A stretch of DNA of 62,118 nucleotides from Microlunatus sp. (GTDB lineage: Bacteria > Actinomycetota > Actinomycetes > Propionibacteriales > Propionibacteriaceae), in contig DATDAP010000697.1 in the NCBI GenBank assembly GCA_036525335.1, positions 1-62,118 of the forward strand, written 5' to 3'. Shown here one piece after another: positions 28,276-38,035 of this stretch (its first letter is position 1; each line of letters begins with the position of its first letter). Below the pieces are notes generated by a model, which was not told the origin of the DNA, did no database searches, and saw only the letters and a program-made list of their open reading frames with translations. The translations under genes were made by a program, and so were the position numbers.

Positions 28276-29633
28276 CGGGGGGCCCTCAGCGAAGTCGATC
28301 GAGATCAGCCGCCCTGGATCCGGAGAAGGTCGTCGCGTCGTTCGACTCGGCCAGCGTGCTGCACGCCGCGACCGTCGCCGCCTTGAGTGGTCGCCCCTTC
28401 CCACATCTCGGCAGCCCGGCGGCATACGCGGCTGCCGTCCGCGCGGCCGGTCACCTGCCGTGGCCGGTGCTCAGGGAGATCTATGCCCGCATCGGCGGCG
28501 CCGAGGGCGTCCCACCGGAGAAGCTCGCGCGGGTCGACATGGGTGCCGTCGCTGCCAGCTTCGCCGGTGCGTACCCCGAGCGCCGGTACCCGGGTGTGCT
28601 CCTCGGCTCGAGCAACGGAGCCCTGTCGCACCTGGCCGCTGCGCTGCAGATTCCCTGGCTGCCGGGCACCGTCTTGATCCCGGTCTCGCGGGTGGCCGAT
28701 CCGCAGCGACCTGATCTGGCGTTGCGGTTCGGCCGTGAGAAGGCGCCGGCGCTGCTGACGGCGAACCCGGACATCGCCCTGCATCAGATGCACGATGCTG
28801 CTCAGGACGAGCTGATGGTGGCTCGGATGACCTACTTCCGGACGAAGTGGCGAGCGCTGCCGGAGGCGTACGCCCGCTTCCTCACCGACCGGCTGGCTCC
28901 CAGGGCTCCGGTGATCATCGTCGATGACCGGTCGCGCTGGCCGGTGGTGCGGGTCGGGGAGCGACACGTCTTCCAGGTCGGCGGACGTGGCGGCCTGTCG
29001 CCCGGCGACTACCTGAAACGGCCGCACACGCCGCAGCCGGATGATGAGGCACCGGAAGCCGAGTGGGGATCCGACGAGTCGTTCGTCGAGGCGGTCAGCT
29101 CCTGGTGTGGCGCCCACGGACATCCTCTAGTCCGGCTGGTGTTCGACGGCCCGCAGGCCGCGAGTCACCCGGTGGCCGTCACCATCCGGGACTGGTACGC
29201 CGAGCTGGGTCGGCCGACGGGACGACTGATCGTGCCGTCGTTCGTGCTCGGCGATCCATGGCAGACCCTGGCCGCCGGCCGGGTGCCGTACTGGACGTTC
29301 TTCGCCGTGGACTCCGCGCTGACGGCCCTGGACAGCCATCTCGCCAGGGTCAGCCGCTACCGGGAAGTGGCAGTGTTGATCTTCCAGCACGGGGCGCGCT
29401 CGCCCGGCTACGCCGCACCCGAGGCGTGGCGACGTGTCGTCGAGCGGCACGGCGCCGAGTTTCGGCTGGTCGCCGTCGATGAGCGGAGGTCGCCGCACGA
29501 CATCGGCTCACTGGGCCGCTACGGACCAGAGCTGCAACGCTGGAGCGATGAGCCGACCGGGTGGTCCCCGCTGGCGGTCGACGTCGCTCTCAGCGGGCTC
29601 GCGGCAGCGGGGCTCGACGTCGTCAGGTGCTGA
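28272..29633 (+). CDS. Uncharacterised enzyme-like protein (about 450 aa)
   Basis: GTGA overlap with upstream gene; GSSNGA, HQMHD, EAEWG motifs. Confidence 0.75.
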   Translation: MTGGPQRSRSRSAALDPEKVVASFDSASVLHAATVAALSGRPFPHLGSPAAYAAAVRAAGHLPWPVLREIYARIGGAEGVPPEKLARVDMGAVAASFAGAYPERRYPGVLLGSSNGALSHLAAALQIPWLPGTVLIPVSRVADPQRPDLALRFGREKAPALLTANPDIALHQMHDAAQDELMVARMTYFRTKWRALPEAYARFLTDRLAPRAPVIIVDDRSRWPVVRVGERHVFQVGGRGGLSPGDYLKRPHTPQPDDEAPEAEWGSDESFVEAVSSWCGAHGHPLVRLVFDGPQAASHPVAVTIRDWYAELGRPTGRLIVPSFVLGDPWQTLAAGRVPYWTFFAVDSALTALDSHLARVSRYREVAVLIFQHGARSPGYAAPEAWRRVVERHGAEFRLVAVDERRSPHDIGSLGRYGPELQRWSDEPTGWSPLAVDVALSGLAAAGLDVVRC

Positions 29634-30267
29634 GCAGATCGCGTACCAGACTCCGGAATCGGGGGATGTCCCCGATGGGCCACGAATGGGGAGCGGCCGG
29701 CAGCTCGACAAGCTGGGCGACGCCGTCGGAGGCCAGCGAGGCTGCGTACGTGAACGATGTCAGGTTGTCCCACCCCGCGTGCACGATGGTGACCTCCGCG
29801 GACACCTCGGGCAGCAGGTCTTCGAGCGGGAGGTGGATCGCGGACATCATCCCGCGGTAGATGCGCCCGGGTCCGGCCCGGGCCCAGTCCGGAGCCTGCT
29901 GGCCGAGGCTCTCCGAGTCGGGGTGTCGGTCACCATGCAGCCAGCTGGCGAGCAACCGGCCCCGGGAGCGTCGGCTCGGGTCCACCGTGGGGCTGACCAG
30001 GAGCAGTCGTCGGACATCGCAGTCGAGGGCGGCCACAGCCGCCGCCTGGGTTCCGAGGGACAACCCGACCAGCAGATCCACGGGGGAGCCGGATGCCCGC
30101 ACCCGTTCTGCCAGCCAGCGGCCGTAGCGCAGCAGCTCGTCGGGCACCCCGCGCCAGGTCGGGGCCGGGAGAAGGTCGACGGTGTGACCGTCGACCCGCA
30201 GTCCCTCGGCCGCCGGGACGGCATAGCTGCGGACCGCGAGTCCAGGCACGATCAGGATCGACGCCAT
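29623..30267 (-). CDS. Alpha/beta hydrolase
   Basis: VPGL, GLSLG, C-terminal PHS. Confidence 0.8.
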   Translation of the reverse strand: MASILIVPGLAVRSYAVPAAEGLRVDGHTVDLLPAPTWRGVPDELLRYGRWLAERVRASGSPVDLLVGLSLGTQAAAVAALDCDVRRLLLVSPTVDPSRRSRGRLLASWLHGDRHPDSESLGQQAPDWARAGPGRIYRGMMSAIHLPLEDLLPEVSAEVTIVHAGWDNLTSFTYAASLASDGVAQLVELPAAPHSWPIGDIPRFRSLVRDLLST

Positions 30268-30328
30268 GCATCCTTCTTACCCCACGGCAGGGATTCGGCC
30301 CGGCGTCGACCCCAGTAGATTGCCTTCC

Positions 30329-31051
30329 GTGGACTGGATGCACGTGATCATCGACGTCCCGGCGGAGCAGGCGAAGGTGAGTACGCGGTTCTGGGCAGCG
30401 GTGCTCGGCTGGCCTGCGGGTCCACCGTGGCCCGGCTTGCCCACCTTCCGCAGCTTCGACCCACCCGCCGGGGACGACGCCTACGTCCACCGGCAGGTCG
30501 GTGATCACGGTCCACGGATCCACCTGGACTTCGAGGTGGGCGACATCGCCGCGGAGACGGAGCGACTGCACGGCCTCGGAGCGACGGTGGGCGAGCGTCC
30601 GTCGCGATGGCAGGTGATGAAGTCGCCGGGCGGTCTGCCCTTCTGCCTGCTGAGTCGCAGACTGCGTACGCAGCCTGGGCCTGTCGGCTGGGATGATCAT
30701 CGAAGTCGTCTCGTCCAGGTGTGCATCGACTCACCGCCCGACCGGCACGACGGCGAGGTCCGCTTCTGGCGGGAAGCGACCCGGGGACGCTGGGTCCCCG
30801 GCGACGCTCCCGAGTTCGCCGGCAAGCTGTACCCGGCTGACGGACCGGTCCAGCTGTTGCTTCAGCGGCTGGGGCCGGAGACATCGGGACTGACCAGGGC
30901 GCACATCGACCTCGGCAGCGACGACACCGATGCCGAGGTGGCGCGGGTGGTGTCGCTCGGCGCCGAACGGCTGTGGCCTGGCCACGGTTGGTACGCACTC
31001 CGCGACCCCACCGGACTCATCTTCTGCGTCACCGGCAACGCTCCCGGATGA
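30329..31051 (+). CDS. Two-domain VOC (glyoxalase-like) protein
   Basis: Duplicated FW...HLD/HID...PGGLPFC / DPTGLIFC; TAGATT -10, leaderless. Confidence 0.85.
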   Translation: MDWMHVIIDVPAEQAKVSTRFWAAVLGWPAGPPWPGLPTFRSFDPPAGDDAYVHRQVGDHGPRIHLDFEVGDIAAETERLHGLGATVGERPSRWQVMKSPGGLPFCLLSRRLRTQPGPVGWDDHRSRLVQVCIDSPPDRHDGEVRFWREATRGRWVPGDAPEFAGKLYPADGPVQLLLQRLGPETSGLTRAHIDLGSDDTDAEVARVVSLGAERLWPGHGWYALRDPTGLIFCVTGNAPG

Positions 31052-31216
31052 CGACCGCGGTCGCTGCACCAGCAGCACCACGCCAGCCTCGACCACTTTC
31101 CAGACTGGTGCCTCACTGCAGGCGAAGCCGGCCGCGGAGCTCGTCCGAACCCGACCTCTGGCCTCGGTAGCCTTGCTGGGATGCTTGGGCCTCACCGGTA
31201 ACAAGCGAGGAGCATC

Positions 31217-32080
31217 GTGGCCGACAAATCAGCAGCCGTATCCGACCTCGTCGGCGCCTACCTGGTCGAGCAGTGCACCGTCTTGATCGAGGCGGAAGCG
31301 TTGCTGCGTGGACGGGAGCCGGTCATTCACTCCACCAGGGTGGCCGCTCGGCGGCTCCGCAGCACGTTGCGCACCTACAAGCAGACCGCCGACGCCGGAC
31401 GTGCTGAGATGCTGGCCGCCGAGCTGGCCTGGTTCGCTGGTCTGCTCGGTGAGGTCCGCGACCGCGAGGTCCTCGAAGCACGCCTGCTCGCCGACCTGGC
31501 TGAGCTCCCGCCAGAGCTCGTGATCGGCCCGATCGCCGCCCAGATCGAGACCGAGCTGACCACGGCCCGCAAGGCTGCCTGGGACATCGTGATCGAGACT
31601 CTCGACTCCGATCGATACCGGCTGCTGCTCGCCGACCTGCACCGCTGGCGCAGCGAACCTCCGCTCACCGAGGACGCCGAAGCCCCCGCCGCCAAGGTGA
31701 CCGCGTACGTGAAGCGGGCCACCAGGAAGCTGGACAAGCGCTTGGACCGAGCCATCGAAGCCCGCCTCGCCGGCGACTCCGACGCAGATCACCTGCTGCA
31801 CCAAGCCCGCAAGGCCGGCAAGCGGGGACGCTACGCAGTCGAGCTGGCCGAGCCGGTGCTGGGCAACAAGGCCGACAAGATCATCAATGCCCGCAAGGCA
31901 CTGCAGGATGTTCTCGGCGAATACCAGGACAGCTTCATGGCCGCCGACTTCCTCCGCACCCAGGGTGTCAGGCTCGGCATCCGCTCCGGACACAACGGCT
32001 TCACCTACGGGCTGCTCTACGGCCGTGAGCTCGCTCGCCAAGATAGCGTCGGCGAGCGGCTCAAACCGTTCCTGACCTAG
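31217..32080 (+). CDS. CHAD domain (polyphosphate-binding) protein
   Basis: IHSTRVAARRLRS, LGEVRD, LHQARKAGKRGRY, LQDVLG. Confidence 0.92.
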   Translation: MADKSAAVSDLVGAYLVEQCTVLIEAEALLRGREPVIHSTRVAARRLRSTLRTYKQTADAGRAEMLAAELAWFAGLLGEVRDREVLEARLLADLAELPPELVIGPIAAQIETELTTARKAAWDIVIETLDSDRYRLLLADLHRWRSEPPLTEDAEAPAAKVTAYVKRATRKLDKRLDRAIEARLAGDSDADHLLHQARKAGKRGRYAVELAEPVLGNKADKIINARKALQDVLGEYQDSFMAADFLRTQGVRLGIRSGHNGFTYGLLYGRELARQDSVGERLKPFLT

Positions 32081-32242
32081 TGGTTGCGGCCGGAAGTTCG
32101 TCAAGGGTGTCCGGTGACCAGGTGCGTGCATCGCAAGGCCGACGAGGGAGGGATGCCGAGTCGCATCGCGACCGAGGAGAACGCAGCGAGGTGCGTGCCT
32201 GGGCACCGGACACCCCGACGAACCTCCGACCGTGACCACTAG
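32077..32242. mobile_element. 166-bp CTAG-bounded palindromic MITE-like repeat
   Basis: CTAGTGGTTGCGGCCGGAAGTTCGTC...GACGAACCTCCGACCGTGACCACTAG, about 55-bp imperfect arms. Confidence 0.75.
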
Positions 32243-32527
32243 CCGCAGCGATCGGTCCTCGCGGTCGACCAGACGTCGATCTCTCGGCTGCCGACGATCA
32301 TCTGGTGGCCACCTCCGTGCGACGGGACATCTTCTCGGGCGGATGTGTCGTGGAGGTCGTCACCGGTAGCAGGCCGTTGCCTCGACCTGCCGCCAGGCCC
32401 GTGGCGAACTCAGCTGGCCGGGCGTAGCGTGGCGTCATGTCCTCGACCCCTCGTGATCTTGTTCGCCCGGTCGCCGGTGACGACGACTCGTGACCCGGAC
32501 GGCTGACGCGGCGGCCGGGAGAGGTCG

Positions 32528-33718
32528 ATGCCGGTGACGGCGGCAGCGGGACTGGTTGTCGTCGGCAGCGGCCCTGCCGGGCTGGCAGCCATCCGGTCGT
32601 TCCGGGAGCGCGAGACCGACGCGCCGCTGATGATGATCACCAACGATCCGAGTCCACCGTACGCGAGACCACCGCTGACCAAGGACTTCCTGCGCGGGCA
32701 CAGCACCATCGAGGACCTGTGGCTGACCGAGCCGGGATGGTTCGACGAGCAGCGGGTCGGTGTCCGGCTCGGCACGGCGGCGGTGGCCTTGGACGTCGAA
32801 CGGCGCCGGGTCCGGCTCGGCGACGGTAGCGAGGTGCCGTACGAGGATGTGGTGCTGGCCACCGGTTCGACTCCCATCCCGCTTCCGGTGCCCGGGGGTG
32901 ACGATCCGAGCCTGGTCTACGTACGCGATCTGGGCAGCGGGCATCGCCTTCGGGAGATCGCTGAGAGCTCGGGTACGCGGGTGGCCGTGATCGGGTCCGG
33001 TTTCATCGGCTGTGAGGCGGCAGCCAGCTTGTCGATGGCCGGGATCGCGGTGGTGCTGATCAGTGACGAGGCACTGCCGCACGCGGCGCGACTGGGACCC
33101 GACGCCGGCCGCGAGATCCACCGCTGGCTCATCGCGGCGGGGGTCGAGACACGGCTGGGTGTGCCGTTGGCCGACATCAGCCGTCGCGGCGGTGGATTCA
33201 CACTCGGCCTCGGCGATGGTCATCAGCTGGATGTTGATCACATCGTGGGCGCCGGAGGTGCCCGCCCCGACCTCGCCGTGGCGGAGCGGTCCGGTCTGCT
33301 GGTCGAGAACGGCGGTGTTCGGGTGGCCTCGAGCATGCAGGCGTCGGCGCCTCATACCTACGCCGTCGGCGACATCGCGTTCGCCGATCATGCGGCCGCT
33401 GGTCGACCGCTGCGTGTCGAGCACTGGGGCGATGCAGAACGACACGGCACGATTGCCGGGACCATCGCCGGCGGCGGGTCCGCCAGCTGGCGGGAGCCGC
33501 CGGGTTTCTGGTCCACGATCGGGGACCAGACGCTGAAGTACTCGGCCTGGGGCGACGGCTACGACGAGTGGGTGACCACCGGGAGCCCGGATCGCTGGAC
33601 GATCTGGTATCGGCTGGGTGAGGAGATCTGCGGCGTCTTGACCCACAATGACGATGACGCTTACGAGCAAGGTCAACGGTTGCTCGCACGACGGGCACCC
33701 TTCAGCGAGATCCACTGA
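32528..33718 (+). CDS. FAD/NAD(P)-dependent oxidoreductase (ferredoxin reductase-like)
   Basis: GSGPAG, PYARPPLTK, LATGS, GSGFIGCE, YAVGD, RVEHW. Confidence 0.9.
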   Translation: MPVTAAAGLVVVGSGPAGLAAIRSFRERETDAPLMMITNDPSPPYARPPLTKDFLRGHSTIEDLWLTEPGWFDEQRVGVRLGTAAVALDVERRRVRLGDGSEVPYEDVVLATGSTPIPLPVPGGDDPSLVYVRDLGSGHRLREIAESSGTRVAVIGSGFIGCEAAASLSMAGIAVVLISDEALPHAARLGPDAGREIHRWLIAAGVETRLGVPLADISRRGGGFTLGLGDGHQLDVDHIVGAGGARPDLAVAERSGLLVENGGVRVASSMQASAPHTYAVGDIAFADHAAAGRPLRVEHWGDAERHGTIAGTIAGGGSASWREPPGFWSTIGDQTLKYSAWGDGYDEWVTTGSPDRWTIWYRLGEEICGVLTHNDDDAYEQGQRLLARRAPFSEIH

Positions 33719-34096
33719 CGCGGTCCTCCGTCGTAGGGCGGCGGAGCTCCGTCCACACCTCCTCGAGCGCCGTCATGGCCGGCGCTGGCCCCAGGCAAGA
33801 GTCGAAGCCGACTGCTTGACCCCGACCCTTGCTGGACCGGCCGGCTACCGCTGTTTACCCACCCGCACGTCCCTCAATCGCCGCTCCTGCTCCGATCGGG
33901 GACCGGACGCCGTGGTGAACGACTGGAAAGTCGGCTCGACGCTCAGCTCTGTGGGCCTGGATGAGGATCCGCCCGGCTTCCCGCACCCCTTCGGCAACGG
34001 GGTGATCGGGTGTCGTCCTGGCAGACTCCAGGGCAGGATCTGCCATGATCGTCGAATCGGGGGCCTCGGCGCCTCGTCATGGACAGGGGATGCCGC

Positions 34097-34813
34097 GTGC
34101 AGGTCGACAGTGCAGAGCTCACCGCGAGTCTGCGCCGGCTCGCCGCCCGGCACGCGGAGGGCGGCGGAGTGATCCACGCGCTGCAGCAGGTCAACCAAGC
34201 CTGCGTGGATCTCTTCCACGTCGGCGGGAGCGGCATCATGGTGGCCGACGAGCAGAACATCACCCGGTACCTGACGGCCAGCGACGGGCTTGCCCGTTCG
34301 CTGGAGGAGGCCGAGTCGGCCACCGGCCAAGGCCCTTGCACCGAGGCCTTCGTCAACAACCGGGTGGTCGCAAGCTCAGATGTCACGATCGACGGCCGAT
34401 GGCCGGCGCTGGCCGCGGAGATCCGCGGCCTCGGTGTCTTCGCCGTGCTCGGGGTGCCGGTACGGATCGGTGGAATCCCGGTCGGCACCCTGGATGCCTA
34501 CTTCGAGTCTCCGCACGAGTGGGACGACAGCGAGCGTCAGGCCCTGGCCCGCTACGGCGACGTCGTCGAGACCGTGCTGAGCGCGGCCCTGCAGGCACAC
34601 ACGACGGGGGTGCTCGCCGGTCAGCTGCAATACGCACTTGACTACCGCGTGGTCATCGAGCGGGCGGTCGGCTACCTGATGGCCCAGGACAAGGTCGACG
34701 CCGTCGTCGCCTTCAACCGGCTGCGTCGCGTGGCCCGGAGCCGACGCACCAAGATCGGGGCCGTCGCCGAGCACGTGCTGTCCAAGGGCCGGCTGCCAGC
34801 CGCCCAGGGCTGA
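34097..34813 (+). CDS. GAF-ANTAR domain protein
   Basis: GQGPC, QLQYALDYRVVIERAVG. Confidence 0.9.
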   Translation: MQVDSAELTASLRRLAARHAEGGGVIHALQQVNQACVDLFHVGGSGIMVADEQNITRYLTASDGLARSLEEAESATGQGPCTEAFVNNRVVASSDVTIDGRWPALAAEIRGLGVFAVLGVPVRIGGIPVGTLDAYFESPHEWDDSERQALARYGDVVETVLSAALQAHTTGVLAGQLQYALDYRVVIERAVGYLMAQDKVDAVVAFNRLRRVARSRRTKIGAVAEHVLSKGRLPAAQG

Positions 34814-34991
34814 CTCGTGCGGCCCGCGCCACGACGAGGGAGCGCCCAGTGCGATCCGCGCGATCTCAGGCGGAGCATCGCGGCGCCATCGACACCGGAT
34901 CCCGGCGCGCTGTTCGACTCGACGGCCGCTCGGGACGCAGCCTGAGGTTGACAACGCAAGTCGTGTTGTCGCGGCTGGCAAGATCCCTGGC

Positions 34992-35017
34992 GTTTGATCT
35001 GGGCCCGGTTCGGGTAC
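34992..35017 (+). promoter_or_regulatory. SigB/SigF-type promoter of the SDR operon
   Basis: GTTT-N16-GGGTAC. Confidence 0.75.
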
Positions 35018-35066
35018 TCCCGATCTGCAACCGTCGCGCATGTATCGATATCGAAGGAGGCAGGAC

Positions 35067-35906
35067 ATGGGCCAGCCAGAGCAGCAACAAGAGGTTCCCG
35101 GGATCCAGTCGCGGATGACTCCGGTCCCGGACTGCGGCGAGGACAGCTACGTCGGGACCGGACAGCTGGAGGGCAAGGTCGCGGTGATCACCGGTGCCGA
35201 CTCCGGCATCGGACGCGCGGTCGCCATCGCGTACGCCCGTGAGGGCGCCGATGTGGTGATCAGCTATCTGAGCGAGGATTCCGACGCCGCTGAGGTCAAG
35301 GACTACGTCGAACGGGCCGGCCGCCGAGCGGTGTTGGTCAAAGGCGACGTGTCGCGGGCGCAGCAGTGCCGCGACATCATCGACACGGCGGTGCGTGAGC
35401 TCGGTGGCGTCGACATCCTGGTCAGCAACGCCGCCTACCAGATGAGTCACGAGACGCTCGAGGAGGTGAGCGACGAGGAGTGGGAGTACACCTTCGCCAC
35501 CAACGTGAGTGCCTTCTTCTACCTGACCAAGGCGGCGCTGCCTCATCTGAAGCCGGGCTCGGCGATCATCGGCAGCTCGTCGGTGAACTCCGACATGCCT
35601 TCACCGGCGTTGGCGCCGTACGCCGCGACCAAGGCCGCGATCGCGAACTTCTGCGCGAGCCTGGCCCAGCTGCTGGGTGAGAAGGGAATTCGAGTGAACA
35701 GCGTGGCGCCCGGACCGATCTGGACGCCGCTGATTCCGGCCACGATGCCTCCGGAGAAGGTCGCCGGCTTCGGGGATGACACCCCGCTCGGTCGCGCCGG
35801 GCAGCCGGCCGAGCTCGCGGCCGCGTACGTTCTGCTGGCCGGTGACGCCGGCAGCTACATCTCCGGAGCCCGACTGGCGGTCACCGGTGGACGGCCGATC
35901 CTGTGA
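35067..35906 (+). CDS. SDR oxidoreductase (general stress protein 39/YghA type)
   Basis: TGADSGIG, YAATK, APGPIWTPL. Confidence 0.92.
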   Translation: MGQPEQQQEVPGIQSRMTPVPDCGEDSYVGTGQLEGKVAVITGADSGIGRAVAIAYAREGADVVISYLSEDSDAAEVKDYVERAGRRAVLVKGDVSRAQQCRDIIDTAVRELGGVDILVSNAAYQMSHETLEEVSDEEWEYTFATNVSAFFYLTKAALPHLKPGSAIIGSSSVNSDMPSPALAPYAATKAAIANFCASLAQLLGEKGIRVNSVAPGPIWTPLIPATMPPEKVAGFGDDTPLGRAGQPAELAAAYVLLAGDAGSYISGARLAVTGGRPIL

Positions 35907-36175
35907 CCGCACTGGCCAAGATCGCGTACCGTCCGGTCGGCCTGGTCGGCAGCGTGCTGGCCGGTGCCGCGGCGGGCGCCGTGGTCAAGCAGATCTGGCG
36001 GCGAGTGGCCGACGAGAACGAGGCGCCGGGCGCGCTGCAGTCGGAGTATCGATTGCGGACGGTCCTTCTCGGCGCCGCCCTGCAGGGAGTCGTGTTCTCT
36101 GTGGTCAAGGCCGCTCTGGACCGCGGCGGCGCGCGTCTGTTCGAGCGGTTGACGGGTGCCTGGCCGGGTGATTGA
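35903..36175 (+). CDS. DUF4235 family membrane protein
   Basis: YRPVGL...KQIW...LTGAWPG. Confidence 0.8.
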   Translation: MTALAKIAYRPVGLVGSVLAGAAAGAVVKQIWRRVADENEAPGALQSEYRLRTVLLGAALQGVVFSVVKAALDRGGARLFERLTGAWPGD

Positions 36176-36306
36176 CCCGAGGACACCGCTCTGTGCTCCT
36201 GTGGTGCCAGCGCGCTGTGGTCGTCGAGCGCTGCAGGGTGGAAGCGGCCAATCGCTCGACCGGTTGCGCCGGCTGGCGACGCTGACGGCGTCATAGGTTC
36301 ACCGTC

Positions 36307-37182
36307 GTGTTCGACAGCTTCCCTGAGTGGGATATCGACCTCGACGGGATCGTCGTGCACGGCCGCAGCGGCGGCGTCGGGCCCGCCGTGGCGCTGCTCC
36401 ACGGGCATCCGCGCACGCACACGACCTGGCATCGCGTTGCGCCACTGCTGGCCGACCGATTCAGCGTGGTGTGCCCGGATCTTCGCGGGTACGGCCGATC
36501 ATCGAAGCCGGAGCCCGACCCGGCCCATCGGACCTACTGCGATCGAGCGATGGCTGGCGACGTGGTCGCCGTCATGCGTGCGCTCGGGCACGAACGGTTC
36601 GCCGTGGTCGGGCACGATCGGGGCAGCTATGTCGCCTACCGGTGCGCGCTGGATCATCCGGATCGTGTGACAACTCTGGGTGTGCTCGACAGCGTTCCCA
36701 TCGTGGAAGCGCTGGAGCGGGCCGACGCCCGATTCGCGGAGCTGTGGCCGCACTGGTTCTTCTTCGCCTCCGCACACGCCGAACGCGTCATCACCGCCGA
36801 CCCGCTGGCCTGGTATCGGCCTGACCCCGACGAGATGGGTCGGCAGAACTACGAGGACATGGTCGCGGCCGTCAGGAACCCGGCGACTGTTCGGGCCATG
36901 CTGGAGGACTACCGGGCGAGTCTGCACGTCGATCGACACCACGATGAGCTCGACCGGTCCGCCGGACGAAGGATCAGCTGCCCGACCCTGATCGCCTGGT
37001 CCGAGCGGGACGACATGGAAACGCTGTACGGCGACCCGGTCGGTATCTGGAGGGGATGGTGCTCCGGCCCGGTGGTGAGCGGGGTGGTGGAGTCGGGACA
37101 TCACATGGCAGAAGAGAACCCCGACCAGCTCGCCGCGATCCTCGGCCAGTTCCTCACCGATCACCTGCCCCCACCACGGTGA
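36307..37182 (+). CDS. Alpha/beta hydrolase, haloacetate dehalogenase-like
   Basis: HGHP, DLRGYG, GHDRG, HWFF, EDYRA, SGHH. Confidence 0.88.
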   Translation: MFDSFPEWDIDLDGIVVHGRSGGVGPAVALLHGHPRTHTTWHRVAPLLADRFSVVCPDLRGYGRSSKPEPDPAHRTYCDRAMAGDVVAVMRALGHERFAVVGHDRGSYVAYRCALDHPDRVTTLGVLDSVPIVEALERADARFAELWPHWFFFASAHAERVITADPLAWYRPDPDEMGRQNYEDMVAAVRNPATVRAMLEDYRASLHVDRHHDELDRSAGRRISCPTLIAWSERDDMETLYGDPVGIWRGWCSGPVVSGVVESGHHMAEENPDQLAAILGQFLTDHLPPPR

Positions 37183-37273
37183 GTGCCAGTCGGGGTGGCC
37201 ACGAAAGCAACGGACTCCGACGTTCGGACCGGCTCGCGGCTGAACCTCCGGGCTAGCTGGGGCTCGCTGTGGC

Positions 37274-38005
37274 CTAGCTGCCGGTCAAGGCGCGCAGCCG
37301 TCGCGCGTTGATCACCGCGTGTCCGTGTCCGTCGTTGTTGAAGTAGGCGTAGACGTCGTGGCCATGCCGGTGCCACTCGAGGACGCGGTCGGCCCACCAG
37401 TGCAGGTCGGCGTCGCTGTAGCTGCCGCCGTAGAGATGATCATGGTCCGGGCCGTGCAGTCGAAGGTAGACGGTCCTCGAGGTGGCTCGAAGGACACAGG
37501 GGAGCCGGGCGCCACTCATCACCACATAGCTGGTGCCGTGGCGGCTCAACAGCTCGAAGACCGGGTCCGCGACCCAGCTGGGGTGGCGGAGCTCGACCGC
37601 CACCTGCATCCAGTCCGGGAGGCCGCGTAGGAAGTAGTCGAGCCGCTCGTCATCCCGTTCCTGGTCCGGTGGCAGCTGCACCAGCAGCACAGCGCGTCGG
37701 TCTGCCAGCTCGTGCCAAGAGTCGACCAAGCGCGGCGTCCAGGGTTCGGGTCGATAGAGGCGGCGGCCGTGGCTCAGGCCGCGGGGGGCCTTGACACTCA
37801 GCCGAAAGCCGGGCGGGAGTCGCCGTCTCCAGCCGCGGAACGTCTGCAGCCGTGGCCACCGGTAGAAGCTCGCGTTCAGCTCGACCGTGTCGAACTCCTG
37901 CACATACCGCTCCAGCCGATCCCGGGGAGATAGCGACGGCCCGTACATGACGCCGTCCCAGTGGTCGTAGCTCCACCCCGACGTCCCGATCCAGATTCCA
38001 CTCAT
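37274..38005 (-). CDS. DUF72 domain protein
   Basis: IGTSGWSY, VELNASFY, YLRLHG, YFNND. Confidence 0.92.
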   Translation of the reverse strand: MSGIWIGTSGWSYDHWDGVMYGPSLSPRDRLERYVQEFDTVELNASFYRWPRLQTFRGWRRRLPPGFRLSVKAPRGLSHGRRLYRPEPWTPRLVDSWHELADRRAVLLVQLPPDQERDDERLDYFLRGLPDWMQVAVELRHPSWVADPVFELLSRHGTSYVVMSGARLPCVLRATSRTVYLRLHGPDHDHLYGGSYSDADLHWWADRVLEWHRHGHDVYAYFNNDGHGHAVINARRLRALTGS

Positions 38006-38035
38006 GCCTCTCCTGCTCCCCGGTGGGACTCTCGG

